Below are positions 24,101-36,234 of a stretch of 64,000 bases of DNA, in pieces (position 1 is the stretch's first letter; the number at the start of each line of letters is the position of its first letter). Made by a program: the position numbers and the translations under genes. The stretch is taken from positions 744,001 to 808,000 of the forward strand of contig OZ193910.1 of assembly GCA_964276515.1 (NCBI GenBank), given 5' to 3'. The notes beneath the pieces are model-generated. The model ran no database searches, was not told where the DNA came from, and worked only from the letters and a program-made list of their open reading frames with translations. The DNA comes from Gordius albopunctatus. Taxonomy: Eukaryota.

Positions 24101-27100
24101 CAAAAAATTAATATACACTATTGATATAGAGAAGCACCAATTCACGTGATGTATTAATTATTTATTTGCAAAATTTAAAGAGATAAAAATTTAAGTATAA
24201 ATACTTATCGTTATGATATTATTAGCAACAATGTTATTGAATGTAATTTAAACTAATGTAAGATATCTTTACTTAAATATAAATCATAATAGGTATTCTT
24301 TTAATATATTGAGTTTAGATAGTTAACACTGTTAAGCTTAAAAATATATATCTAGCATGCCTTCCAGCATTTTAATGTACATTCCTCGATTTTTGGCTGG
24401 CTGGTATGTTTGACTCTATGAGTTAATTTAATTTAATCAAGCGTTTTGTAGCATTTATATCTCAAACATGTTATTAGAAATTTATTAATTGCTATCAGTT
24501 ACATAATCCTTGTGCTGGTAACATTTTTAGAGTGCTTAATTATTAAATCTTGTATTCAATTTTATGTTGTGCAATAAACATATGTTTAAATAAAATTCAT
24601 TCATTTTTTAAAATATTCCCCCATCCTCCTTATTGCCTAGCAAGGTATTGTTCACTTTCTTGAAAATAACCTAAATATATTATATATTTATTCCCTAGTT
24701 AGTATTTTATTTTGTTTTTGCATCAACATTAATGAGATTAAATATAGATTCATATTTAGTTTATTCAGTTTAGCTCCTAACTATCTTTTGCAACTATTAG
24801 AATTCGCTAATTTTAATAATTTTTGTCTAGCGTAACTATCTACCATATTTGTATAAAATTTATTAAGTTCTATATGATATGTCAGTTAAAATTTGAATTG
24901 GGGTTAAGCATAAAGTTCCTAAAGTAGATTTATTTAGGGTGTATATATCTTTTTAGAATTTGATCATGGGTTTGGTATTGGCATTTGTTATTGGGGGGGG
25001 CAGTAACTCCTTGGGAGCTTTTTAATTGCAAAATAAAAAAAACAATTTAACCATTCATTTTATATTGATAAAAATCCTTATACAGTTAATTATAAATTGT
25101 ATTTTTGTCCAGAATGTATAATACTTTCATTAAGAACAAGCTTTTTTAATTTATATAGGAAAAGGAAATTTTTAATAACCCTTGAGTTTGAACAAATTAT
25201 TATTAAGGTTAAAATTATGGAAATTCCAATTAAACGTCACATGTAATTTATCACTTTTTAAATAATCCTCATTGATATTCTATATAAAAGTAATAATAAA
25301 AACCTAAAATGGCTTAAAAAATCAACCTTTATTAATTTGCCTAATGTGTTTTTGTGAATTTAATTGAATAAATGGACGATTTATTGTTATTTTATATAGT
25401 TTCTAAGAAAGTTTTCAATAAATATGAAAGTATTTAGTCTCATTAGTTAATTTTGTTTTCATATTAATTTTTGCATACCTGTCCCCCTACAGATTTATAC
25501 TTTTATCAAATAATCAAGTTATATGATACAATACAATGTCCGAGCTCATAGATATTTATTTTTGTGTGGATTTTTTTAATTTTCAATAAAATTTTAAATT
25601 AAGTAATGCACAAAGGATGATAAATTTAAATCCTCTAGCCAATTAATAAATATGTTAAACTTATTGATTGCTTAAATATTGATTTGCAGAACATTTTTGA
25701 TCAACCTTCTCACACATGTTACTAATTAACTTGAAAATCGGAAATTTATCTTATTTTTATAATAACTGATTGCAAGTGCAACTAAAAAAACTTATACATT
25801 AAAATACACATTTTTTATGAGAACGTATTTGGATTTGGAAAAATGGGGTTTTTAATAAGAAAATTAGATTTTTAAATCAAAAATTTGGGAAATCTAAGAC
25901 GGAAATGAGGTAATTTCCTGCTAGCGATTCGGAACGCATCTTATTTACTTTAGCTGCTACTCTAGAGATCGGGCGGGCGCCCCTTGCAAATTATATAATC
26001 GCAACGCAAATATATTGAAGGGGGCAAAAACGGGCTGCCACTCTCTAAATCTGAAAATGTATGCTTAATATTTAAAGCGTTTTTAACATGATTAAATATA
26101 AAATTAATTAGTTATAAGCATTCTTTGCAAATTTTAGATTTCTTGAGCGTTAGGTCAGTTGAGCAAATACGCTAAAAAGATGTTGAAATTATGTCTAAAA
26201 TTATGTCTAAAATTTTGAAAAATGTTCAGCCCCTCCCGAATTCTATTTACAACCCAGCTGTTTATACAACACTAACTAGGCGAGAGAATTTTTAAAAACG
26301 TCTTTACGCATGCGAATTTTGATTGCCCTGCAATTCATGACCTCCTCATGTATGGTTGTCCGACTTGTAATATTTAAATTGCCGTGAAAACTTGTATACG
26401 GGTTTTCGATTTGCTGTGAACTCATGCTTCTACAAAACCTTTACTTTGCTTACCCTATCTAAATTTTATCAACCTCACGCAAGCTCAAATTCATTTTTTT
26501 AAATGATTGCAAGCGATATAAATTAATGAAATAAGTATGGTCTCCCAACAAAACTTGTGCCATTAATTTTCCCCAACTTGCCTCTCTCTATAACGATGTT
26601 GTAAAAACGGGTGGGCCTTTGCTTTAACCAAGACTAACGGCCGGCCCTGGTCTTTTCCCCAAATTTCGGCTAAACCTACTGGTCAACTAAGAAAAATAAA
26701 GCGCAAAACCCTTTGGTCTTTTTATGTAGAGTTGACTAAAAATCCGAACCCTTTTTACAACACCGCTCTACCCGTTGTTAACCTTCCGTTAATTTTTACC
26801 CCGGGTACTTTTGAAATAGCAATATAATTTATTGCATATTTTTTAAAAACATGTTCCACAACCACTCCTTCTTCTAGCCTTGCTTGAGGCACGATAATAA
26901 AATTCCAAGTGGTTACCATTATTATTGGTGGACAAAGTGGAGAGAGATAATAAATTGTCATAATCCATCCTATTTGGAATTCCTCGACCTTGAAATTTTT
27001 GAGGAGTGTGGCCTAGGATTAAGTCAGCTCAAAAATATGCAATCGCCACATGTACTAAGTTTTTTGTTTTGATGAGAGATATAGTTAGTTTATCATGCAT

Positions 27101-27378
27101 GATATATATCTAAACATTATAGGATGAGTAACGACGTGTCTTCTGCATCTTCCTCTTTTAGAAGAGGCCAGGAATCCAAAAAAGATTTGAAATTAAATTT
27201 TGCAATTAAGATAGCAGCTATTGATTGTTTCCATAAAATTGCGGGGGAATGTTTGGATGGAGGGGATCGATTTCTTTGAATAAAGCCAACCCCTATTTTC
27301 CAAAGGATCCGGAACGGGTTAAAAACGGCTGAGAAGCCTCGAGGTCTACTAATACTTGTTAACGCTCCTTTTTAAAAC

Positions 27379-27599
27379 TAGCGACTCCCGCTCCCGCTCC
27401 TACCTTCTCAAAAGTAGCGACTCCCGCTCCCGCTCCTACCTTCTCAAAAGTAGCGACTCCCGCTCCTACCTTCTCAAAAGGAGCGAACTCCCGCTCCCGC
27501 TCCTACCTTCTCAAAAGTAGCGACTCCCGCTCCCGCCTTCTCAAAAGGAGCGAACTCCCGCTCCCGCTCCTACCTTCTCAAAAGTAGCGCTCCCGCTCC
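27379..27599. repeat. Minisatellite, ~36-bp unit TAGCGACTCCCGCTCCCGCTCCTACCTTCTCAAAAG, ~6.5 copies
   Basis: Direct tandem copies with CCCGCT sub-repeat indels and a GAGCGAAC variant. Confidence 0.92.
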
Positions 27600-28422
27600 A
27601 TAACAAGACTGATAAAAACAGACTAAAAACTTTTGATGCCGACTAAATCCAAAGGTCGACCGATTGGCTTACTACGGATGAATAGCTTATTTTTAATGAT
27701 ACAAGTGATAGCTGTCATATGAAATGTGTTATCGACAAATCATTTTTAATTAATATGTCCTTTTGGCTATTAAGCTGTTTTTTCCCAAGCAATTATTATG
27801 ATGTTTTATTTTGGAATTTATTAAAATTTCGTCGTAATCGGTCTTTTACCGGCAAATTTTGGAAGGCGAAGTTGGCTCTGTTTGTTTAGAAAAGGTGTGG
27901 GAAAGGGAAAGTGATCAATCAATCATTAGAGATAATCTTTGAAGAGACTGCATAATCAAACAACACATTTAGCGAGGGGCGCTATATCATCATCCTATTA
28001 TACAACTAATTCATTCATTAATTCAAGGACGACAGTCATCATAGCCAACAAATCTTCAGCACATGAAATATTAATTAATTACTCGCCAATTTTATACGCA
28101 AAATTATTTTTTTTATTCTACATAATATGGGTAGGACTATCCTTACCCTAGGAAAGAAAGAAGATGATCATGAAACTATGACGAGAATGGATCCCCCTCG
28201 AGTCTAAATAATTGTAAGCTTCTAATCCATTTGTCATTACTTTTGTTCATTGTGGGCCTATAATCCTAAACTGTGATGCATATATCATTAGTGTAACTGG
28301 GATGTAATTAACTAATTTTACGATATTGATTGCACGTAGCAATTCGATTCACCAATCAAAACAACGAAAGTAAGTTCTCATCCCCAATCCGATAGTAGAG
28401 TAAAGGCGGCGCTGAGAGCGGT

Positions 28423-31400
28423 ATGGAATACTTGTGGGCTTTAGTGTTGGGGTTTTTGATAGCCATGGTCTTGGCTTTCGGTATAGGTGCGAATGACGTC
28501 GCCAACTCCTTCGGTACTTCCGTGGGTTCTAAAGTATTGACCCTGGTTCAAGCATGCATAATAGCCACTATTTTCGAAACTCTAGGAGCCGTTCTCATAG
28601 GTTTGCACATTTTTGGCGTAAATTGAAAGAAGTATCTAATTACATGTATGTACAGTTCCACCCGTTTTTACAACACTAGAATATGTATTATAAAATTATA
28701 ATAAAATCGCACCTTTTTTTGGCATTGCTGGCACGGTGTATGCAGGAGCTCAAGTTTCGGATACTATACGGAAAGGCATCATAGATGTTAATATATACAA
28801 TGGAACGGAACATTTGCTCATCTCCGGAGAAATATCTGCGCTCATGGGTAGGATTAATATTGATATCATTCCTTCTTTCCCCCTCTATATAATCCTCTTC
28901 ATATCTTTGTGATTTGTTAGATTAATGATAATGTTTGTACGTGGTGGGCCTAGCCAGGATTAGATTTAAACGGGGGGAGGGGCAAAATGACAATTTTTCC
29001 ACGTTTAGGGCATAATTGTATCAAATTACAAAGAATTTTTGCATTTAGAGGGGCAGCTGGCTCCCTGCCTACACCCCTCATATCTTTGTTATATGACGTT
29101 AAATTGAGATAATGTTTGTAAGTTAAACGTTTTCTTCTTTATAAAGTATCAGTTTAAAATTATTAGATCTTACATAATCAGGTGGTGTTAGCATAGATTT
29201 AGGGTTTAAAATGGGAAAGCAGACGATTTTAAAGCTCGGACACAATTTTGGCTAATTTAACATTATAATTAAAACTGAGGGGAAATATTAGGTTTCGAAG
29301 ATTGTTAAAATCATTAAATCGATTTTACATATAGGTAGTGCCATATGGCTCATCCTCGCAACTTTTCTCAAATTACCCGTTTCAGCCTCGCACAGCATAG
29401 TGGGCTCCACTCTTGGCTTCTCTTTGGTTGCCAAGGGCCATCAGGGCATTCACTGGGAAAAGTTGGGATACATTGGTAATAATACTACACTAATCTCCTC
29501 TAGCCATCTCAAAATTTTATGAGTCCTTCCTAATACTACTAGTGCTGCGAAAACTGCACTGGGTTTATCTTGGTTGACCTTTGGTTGCTAAACATATGCA
29601 CACCAAAGGTTTGACCAAAAAATCGTTGGTTTGTCCATGTTTAGTAACCAAAGGTCAACCAAGCTAAACCCAGTGCAGTTTTCGCAGCACTACCTAATGA
29701 TACATATACAAATGCATTGCTTCGCACGTTTTAAGCTATAATATACACACTAAACTTTTGCGCTTTGTAATTTTTTAATTTGATGATCCATGTGCTTTTG
29801 CTTTTGGAGTACTTACCTAATTTCTTTTAATCCTTTCAAATCTAATCTATCTATCGTTGGTGGCACGGTATTAATATCAATAATGATTGATTTAGCTCTT
29901 TTTGTCTTTAACTTACGACGCCCTCGCATCTCATTTGACACGCCTCAAGCCTAATACATTGCAGGAACAACACATAAGACGACCGAATGAACTCAAATTT
30001 ATTTCATCTTAAATATTCCCACCCCCGTAAATTATCATGCCTCCCTCAGGCTAAATTTTTGCATATTTATCGTATATCTTGAATATTAGGCCTAAGCTTC
30101 TTTTAGGCTTAGCGTTGACTATTCGCCACACATATTTGTTTAAAGAAATGTTGTTTTTTTTGTAATTGTTTTAATTTTATGAATTTAGGAAGTTATTTTA
30201 AAGTTTGATTAATATGCTTTATTTTGTTTTACGAATTAAAAATATTGTTGTTTCTATGTAAATTTACCTAATTTAATAGTATCGTCATGGTTCGTTTCGC
30301 CACTTCTATCTGGTTGCATTTCGGGTCTCATATTTTTTCTCATCCGTAAATACGTCCTCAATCAAGTAAGAAGCCATTGGCCTCCATACACTGTTCAAAA
30401 TGCCTACCATTAAATCCGCCATTTTGAAGTTAACTATCTCCCATATGTCTTTCTGCAGTGTACCACCCCTCTCCATTGTTAAAACAGAAAATGTTAATTT
30501 ACCTTCTTCATTAGTTAATAAATAATAAAGGAACGTTAATAAATGATTATTATTTAATAAAATGCAGATGGCACTAAATTGCTTTAACATCACAGTATTT
30601 TTAATGAATATTGTTATTGATATATATATATTTTGAAATGCTGTTTTTAATGTTTAATTAATTATATTTTTTTATTACGTTTTAAAAACACTTTAATTAA
30701 CCAAAATTACTATAACTGATATGCCCTTAAAAATGGCGGAAAAATGGCACACTTATACAAAATGGATGAGCAGTCTATCTAAGTGTATGCTTGTAGGCAA
30801 TTGGTGCCAATTTATGTTTCGATAAAAAGGATAATTATTATTACTCCTTTTTACAAATAGGAAAAATCGTTAAAAGCAGGCCTACGCGTCCTACCCCTCA
30901 TATACGCTTCCACGTTTGCCGTCAACTTATTTTCCATCTTTTACAACGGTCCCCAAGGTATTAATTAGTTTTCTGTTACAACGGCTGGCGCCTTGTCCAC
31001 CTTTGGACCCAGATACATTTGATTCATTCATTGCATTTCGTATGGATATAGTGCTAAGGTTCGACAGGATACCCCTTTACGGAGCCTTCATATTGACCAT
31101 GGGATTATCCATTATAATCGGAATTTGCATTCGAATATTTCTCATCCCCTGGTATCGAAAACGTATTATAGGTATGATGTATGACGACGTGTTCAAGTAT
31201 TATATATATCTATTCTTGATTTTTTTTTGTAAATGCGAAATTGGGAAAAGTATTTAAATATTACTTATAAATCGTCTGCTTCGCGTAGAAAACAACGTGG
31301 CAGCCGTTAACCTACTCAAATCGGGGGGCAAAGGGGGAAAATCGCCCCTTCGGCGACGTTCGGAAGAAGTCACGGGGGCTCTCGTTGTGGGTTTGCTTGA

Positions 31401-34400
31401 TTTATATTATGTATTATTATATAATCTTTGAAATTAACCTTTTCACAATTTGAAAATAATGTGGGGCATTCAAAAATAAGCAAAAATTGACTTAAAGTTT
31501 ATAATATTGGTTTAACTTAGACTAAGGGTCAACTCTGGTCTGCTTTTCAAATTTCGACTAAACCTAGTGGTCGAATAAGAAAAGCAGACCAAATAATCTT
31601 TGGTCTGGTTATGTTTAGTAGACTGAAACCAGCCCTTTTTACAACACTAATGGATACTATAAAATGACAAAGTTATAGTTAAAAAGTTGGGTTTTTGGCG
31701 ATATTAGCCTCCTCTACTCTATATAACTGTTGAAGTGTACGTTCGATAACTACAATATCCCGCGCAACGTTACAATTTAAGTTGTGTGTGTCTGCTCCAC
31801 AAAATGTATGTAGATCAAAAGGCAAAGCATCACGCACCACCACCACCATGGTATACCAGGGTTTGGGGCAGGATGTGTCATCATGGTTTCGACTTCAACG
31901 ATACGTCCACTACGACCCAATCATCCAGCCAAAGGCCTCTATCCGTTTGCTCCATGTCTACCCTCACCACCAACATTTCATCTGGTACCCAGGCAGATAA
32001 GCAAAACCCCGATATCTCTCAAACTCCTCCAAAAACGACTCCCGGTATTCTGGGCTGTTAAAATTAATTGATACATTTTACATGATTTCTAGTGTTTTGA
32101 AGCGCGCCGCTCTGTTGAGGTGGTCTCTTAGTCTTAATAAAAAGAGCGACACCCACGCTGTTAGTCTCCTTTTTGGGAATACATTCAGTGTGGGTGTGTT
32201 AAACCGACCACTCTAGTTTATTATTTTTCCATAGAGACCCTGGATGGATGACCATTAGATATGAGTTGTTATTGTCCTCAACACGTTGTGTCAAAGTACC
32301 CCCCCCCCCATGCCTTATTTGAATCTAACTAGAAAATATGGCACATGTGGCGGTGCTATGAAAATAAGAGCGCTCGCTTCATAGTAATTTTATCTACAAT
32401 TTATGACCATGAGGGCGGGAATTAATTAAAAAAATAGGGGCCTTACAGACTTTTAGAATAATGTGGCTATTTCAGTCTATTCATTTCTCAAGCATATTTC
32501 AGATTTTAAATAAAATTTCCATTTTTAGGGGGACTCGTTAATGGGGCAGCCCGAAAATTAGTTAGCACCCCCTTGGTACCGGAAATAGTTGTGACAACCA
32601 ATCCAGTTGCACAATCGAACAGCCCTCCCGCTCACCACAATGGTATAAAGGTTGTGCGGAAGGGTGAAGATACTGCAACGGCTGATCACCACCTAGAACA
32701 GCCAAGTGCACACCACAGAGAACGAAAATTATCAGAATCCGTAACCTTATTTACTACTAACTAATAATCTGTACCTCAAAGGATGATAGAAAATCATCCT
32801 ACTTTAAATTCTGTGTTTATATTAATAGTGTCGTAAAATCGACTGCTGGGTTTTGTTTAGTCGGCTAAACCTAATAGGACCAAAGTTTTTGGTCCATTTT
32901 TATTAGTGGACCACTAGGCTTAGTCGAATTTTTAGAAGCGGACCAGAGTAAACCAAAGGTTGACCCAACAAAGCCCACCCCTTTTTAATGCAATAGCGTG
33001 TATGTATTGATAGGATCTCCTCTTCATAAATTACATTATGCCCGGTCAATTGGCTCACATCGAAGAAGGGCTCAAGGTTGAAAAGGAAGGAGATGAGGAA
33101 AATGGCGAGGATTACGACGACGAAGTGGCAGCTAAAGTGGGTTCGGCCTATGCACCAAATGGTCGCACTTCGTTTGAGAAAGAAGGAGACCTTTTAGACA
33201 CCGACCATGCCTCCTCGCAAATAAACAAACAAGGTTTACTCATTTTCTATAATACTCTTACTTATTCTTCATCGATTTATTTTCGGAAATTTTAGAGGGT
33301 GTCAAAAATGAAATATAATATTGCTATAAGGACGAAATATTATTATAATGATTATACTTTGTTTTCAACACCCTCTAAAATATCCGATAATAAATCTATA
33401 AAGAACATTGATTATGAGGGTAAAAATCTTATAAACTATTACTTATATTTTCAATGCTTAGCCCATAGCTTGAAGTAATTCTGATAAATGTTCATAGTAT
33501 CTTTACAATTAGGCATTTTAATGTGTCATTTTAGGGGGAAAATGTGCACTCTAAGCTTGTAACCAACAACAACTTATGTTAATCAGGGAGGATGAGAAAA
33601 TAATGAATTGAAGATTATCTCAATGTTCAAATGTGCAATTTAACTTGTAAATGTATGAAAAAAGGATGATTGATAGAAAAGGAATATATATATCCCTTTT
33701 GATGTAGGGAATATGATAAATAGAAGTTTTTGTTGAAGCCATGGGATGGGACGCGAAATGTGAACAAAAATCACACAAAAGAACAAAAAGGTTATGTGTG
33801 CTAAAAACATACGATTTTACCAACTCGGCTTTGGCTTACAATATTAAAACATATAATTATAGTAATAATATAATCTGTATAATGATGTATAATTATGAGT
33901 TATAATAAAATAACCCATTCGTTTTTCATGTATTCACATAATATGACATAAACAAAAATTTCTTTTTCTCGTGAATGAGTAGATTTGGATATAACTGCCC
34001 TCCCTCCAAATTCTATGGTGCTAAGTCATGCAGAACCTCTGAAAGATAAAACTCCTCCTTCCGTAGGCGTCCAAATACAAGATGGCAAACAGCTGGGACA
34101 TGGTAGTAAGGGGGTCAGGAGGAAATCCCTGAGTAAAAGTTTAGAGGACCCACATCCAACTCTGAATGGGGAAGCGACCCCACAGCACGTCCGAGACCCG
34201 CCCGGTGTTTCTCGCCTATTTTCTTTCCTCCAAATTTTGACGGGAGCCTTTGGGGCATTTGCCCATGGCGGGAACGACGTAAGGTCTGTATCAGCTCACT
34301 TTGCTCTATTTCTTCCATTTTTTGTGATTTAATTTTAGAAGTATACTAGATAAATATCATGTGGTATAACTAATATATTTTTTGTTTATCTCGGATTTAC

Positions 34401-35517
34401 ATTTATAAGGGTGTGTCTTAATACGCGATTTTGAATCTAAATTAAAAATGCGAATGCATGTTAAAACATAGACGCGTCTTACTTAATACGAGCGTTAGGT
34501 CATTTTTGATTTTTTTTTTCTGTTTTTGTTCATAAAACAAATATTTATCCTCTAATTACGCTTACTAATGCATATTCACATGGTAACTAAACTAAAATTA
34601 CTGATTCCGCGACATGTAAGTCCCATATTTGGACAAACATAAAATATGGCGTTTTGAAGTTCAATCGTTTATTAAGACCGGGGTTAATACATAGCATCGC
34701 TCGTTAGATACTTATCGATTTATTATTGTTGAAAAAATTAGCAAAATGCACAATTTTTATGTAAAACGCGTTAATCGAAGCAATTTAGTCTTTGTGTGTG
34801 TTTTTGTATAAATAGTAATTCGATAGGACCGCTAATAGCCTTATACGAAGTTTGTAAGCACGGTGTGGCCGGGAGCCTGGTCGAACCCCCGCTATGGATA
34901 TTGCTTTATGGCGGAATTGGAATTTCTTTGGGTTTGTGGATTTTTGGTAAACCCGTCATGGAAACTATGGGCAAAGATCTCACGGTCATTACTCCAACTA
35001 GGTGATTAAATACATATACACATACCCCCTCCTACACGGGCTTAGCCAGCATTGGAATTAGAGGAGGCGGGGCAATAATGATTTGGGGTGAAATTTTAGC
35101 CATACTTTTAATAAATTTCAGCAAATTTTCGGATTTAGAGGAGGGCAGCCGCCCCTCCTTGCCCCCCCCCCCTTCTGGCTACGTCCATGCACTTCTATAG
35201 CTTTCGGCACTAATTTGCTTTAAATTTGATTCATTACACTGCTACTGGTGATATTTTGAATTAATTTTGGAATTAGCGGTTTCACGATAGAAATCGGGGC
35301 TGCACTCACGGTATTACTTGCTTCGAATCTCGGGATCCCCATCAGCACAACACATTGCAAAGTGGGATCCATCGTGTTCGTGGGTTATTTGAGATCCAAA
35401 CAATCCGTCGATTGGAAATTATTCGGTAACATCGTGGCAGCTTGGGTAGTAACCGTACCCGTTTCCATGGCATTGAGTGCCTCACTCATGGCTGGCCTGA
35501 GGTATGCCATCAAGTGA
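28423..35517 (+). CDS. SLC20A: Sodium-dependent phosphate transporter, SLC20/PiT family (~738 aa, 13 coding exons)
   Basis: Exons 28423-28600, 28746-28847, 29335-29475, 30280-30365, 30861-30957, 31052-31171, 31289-31390, 31814-32044, 32529-32740, 33014-33233, 33983-34283, 34816-35001, 35277-35517; all GT-AG and in phase (2217 nt). Signatures [64 protein letters not shown]. The loop exons 7-10 rest on splice and phase logic only. Confidence 0.93.
29540..29692. mobile_element. Palindromic MITE family E (TIR ~TAGTGCTGYRAAA), representative copy in PiT intron 3
   Basis: Near-perfect hairpin TAGTGCTGCGAAAACTGCACTGGGTTTA...TAAACCCAGTGCAGTTTTCGCAGCACTA. Related copies at about 26594-26765, 31505-31649, 32826-32995, 58599-58700, 59290-59400, 60855-60960, 61303-61480, 62389-62482 and 62530-62690. 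Confidence 0.8.
33265..33405. repeat. Inverted-repeat (MITE-like) element in PiT intron 10
   Basis: GATTTATTTTCGGAAATTTTAGAGGGTGTCAAAA is mirrored by TTTTCAACACCCTCTAAAATATCCGATAATAAATC. Confidence 0.7.
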
Positions 35518-36234
35518 ACACACACTCTCGATACCCATCTAAACCTATGCTCAACCTCTCTACCCCCTGCCCCATCCTATCGCCTGTGTTTGAGTGTGGT
35601 TTGAAATGTAGATCTTCTAGTCTATCTTTGTTATCACATACTTTTACCCCTTCCTCCTCCTATTTCCTTTACGCTCATTCGTCGAACCTCGATATAATGT
35701 ATCATTACCACTACTACTCTTTGTACGCGAACCCTCCATTTTCGCGTATTGTTACCGTTTATTTGCGCAAACACGCACATTCATCCTTGCATACGATGTG
35801 TGTGCTCGTGCGTGGATCATACTACGATATTTGTTGACTTTGTTTGTTTTGTAAATATCTCCTTACAAATACACCATTCTTAGGTACAATAATCGATGGT
35901 GCAGCATATTTATAATAACATTACTTTTTGTATTGTTTGTTCTTCGCTTCAAAAGATTTATAAAGCCTTAAGCCGGACTTTCATTAATCTTGGAAAAATT
36001 TAGAGGTTGTTTTCGCGGAACTACCATTAGATTTTTATTACTAAGAGTTGTAAAAGTTCTTCAAAGAAATGGCTAGTCCATAGCTCCTTTTCTCACAAGG
36101 GAATTTTAATTTCCATGTTACTTCTTTTTTAAAAGGAAAGGGTTTAGTTCTTTTTCAAATAAGAACCATTTATGGAATCAAGTTAATACTGTTAAAATAA
36201 TTCACCTGTAATAAATTACTAATTTGCTTTTATC

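Noticed and set aside
27379..27599. CRISPR array (36-bp repeats)
   Set aside because: Units are directly adjacent without unique spacers; eukaryotic context; no cas genes.
35442..35837. 131-aa ORF after PiT
   Set aside because: Off-frame overlap of the last PiT exon plus 3' UTR; non-ATG start.
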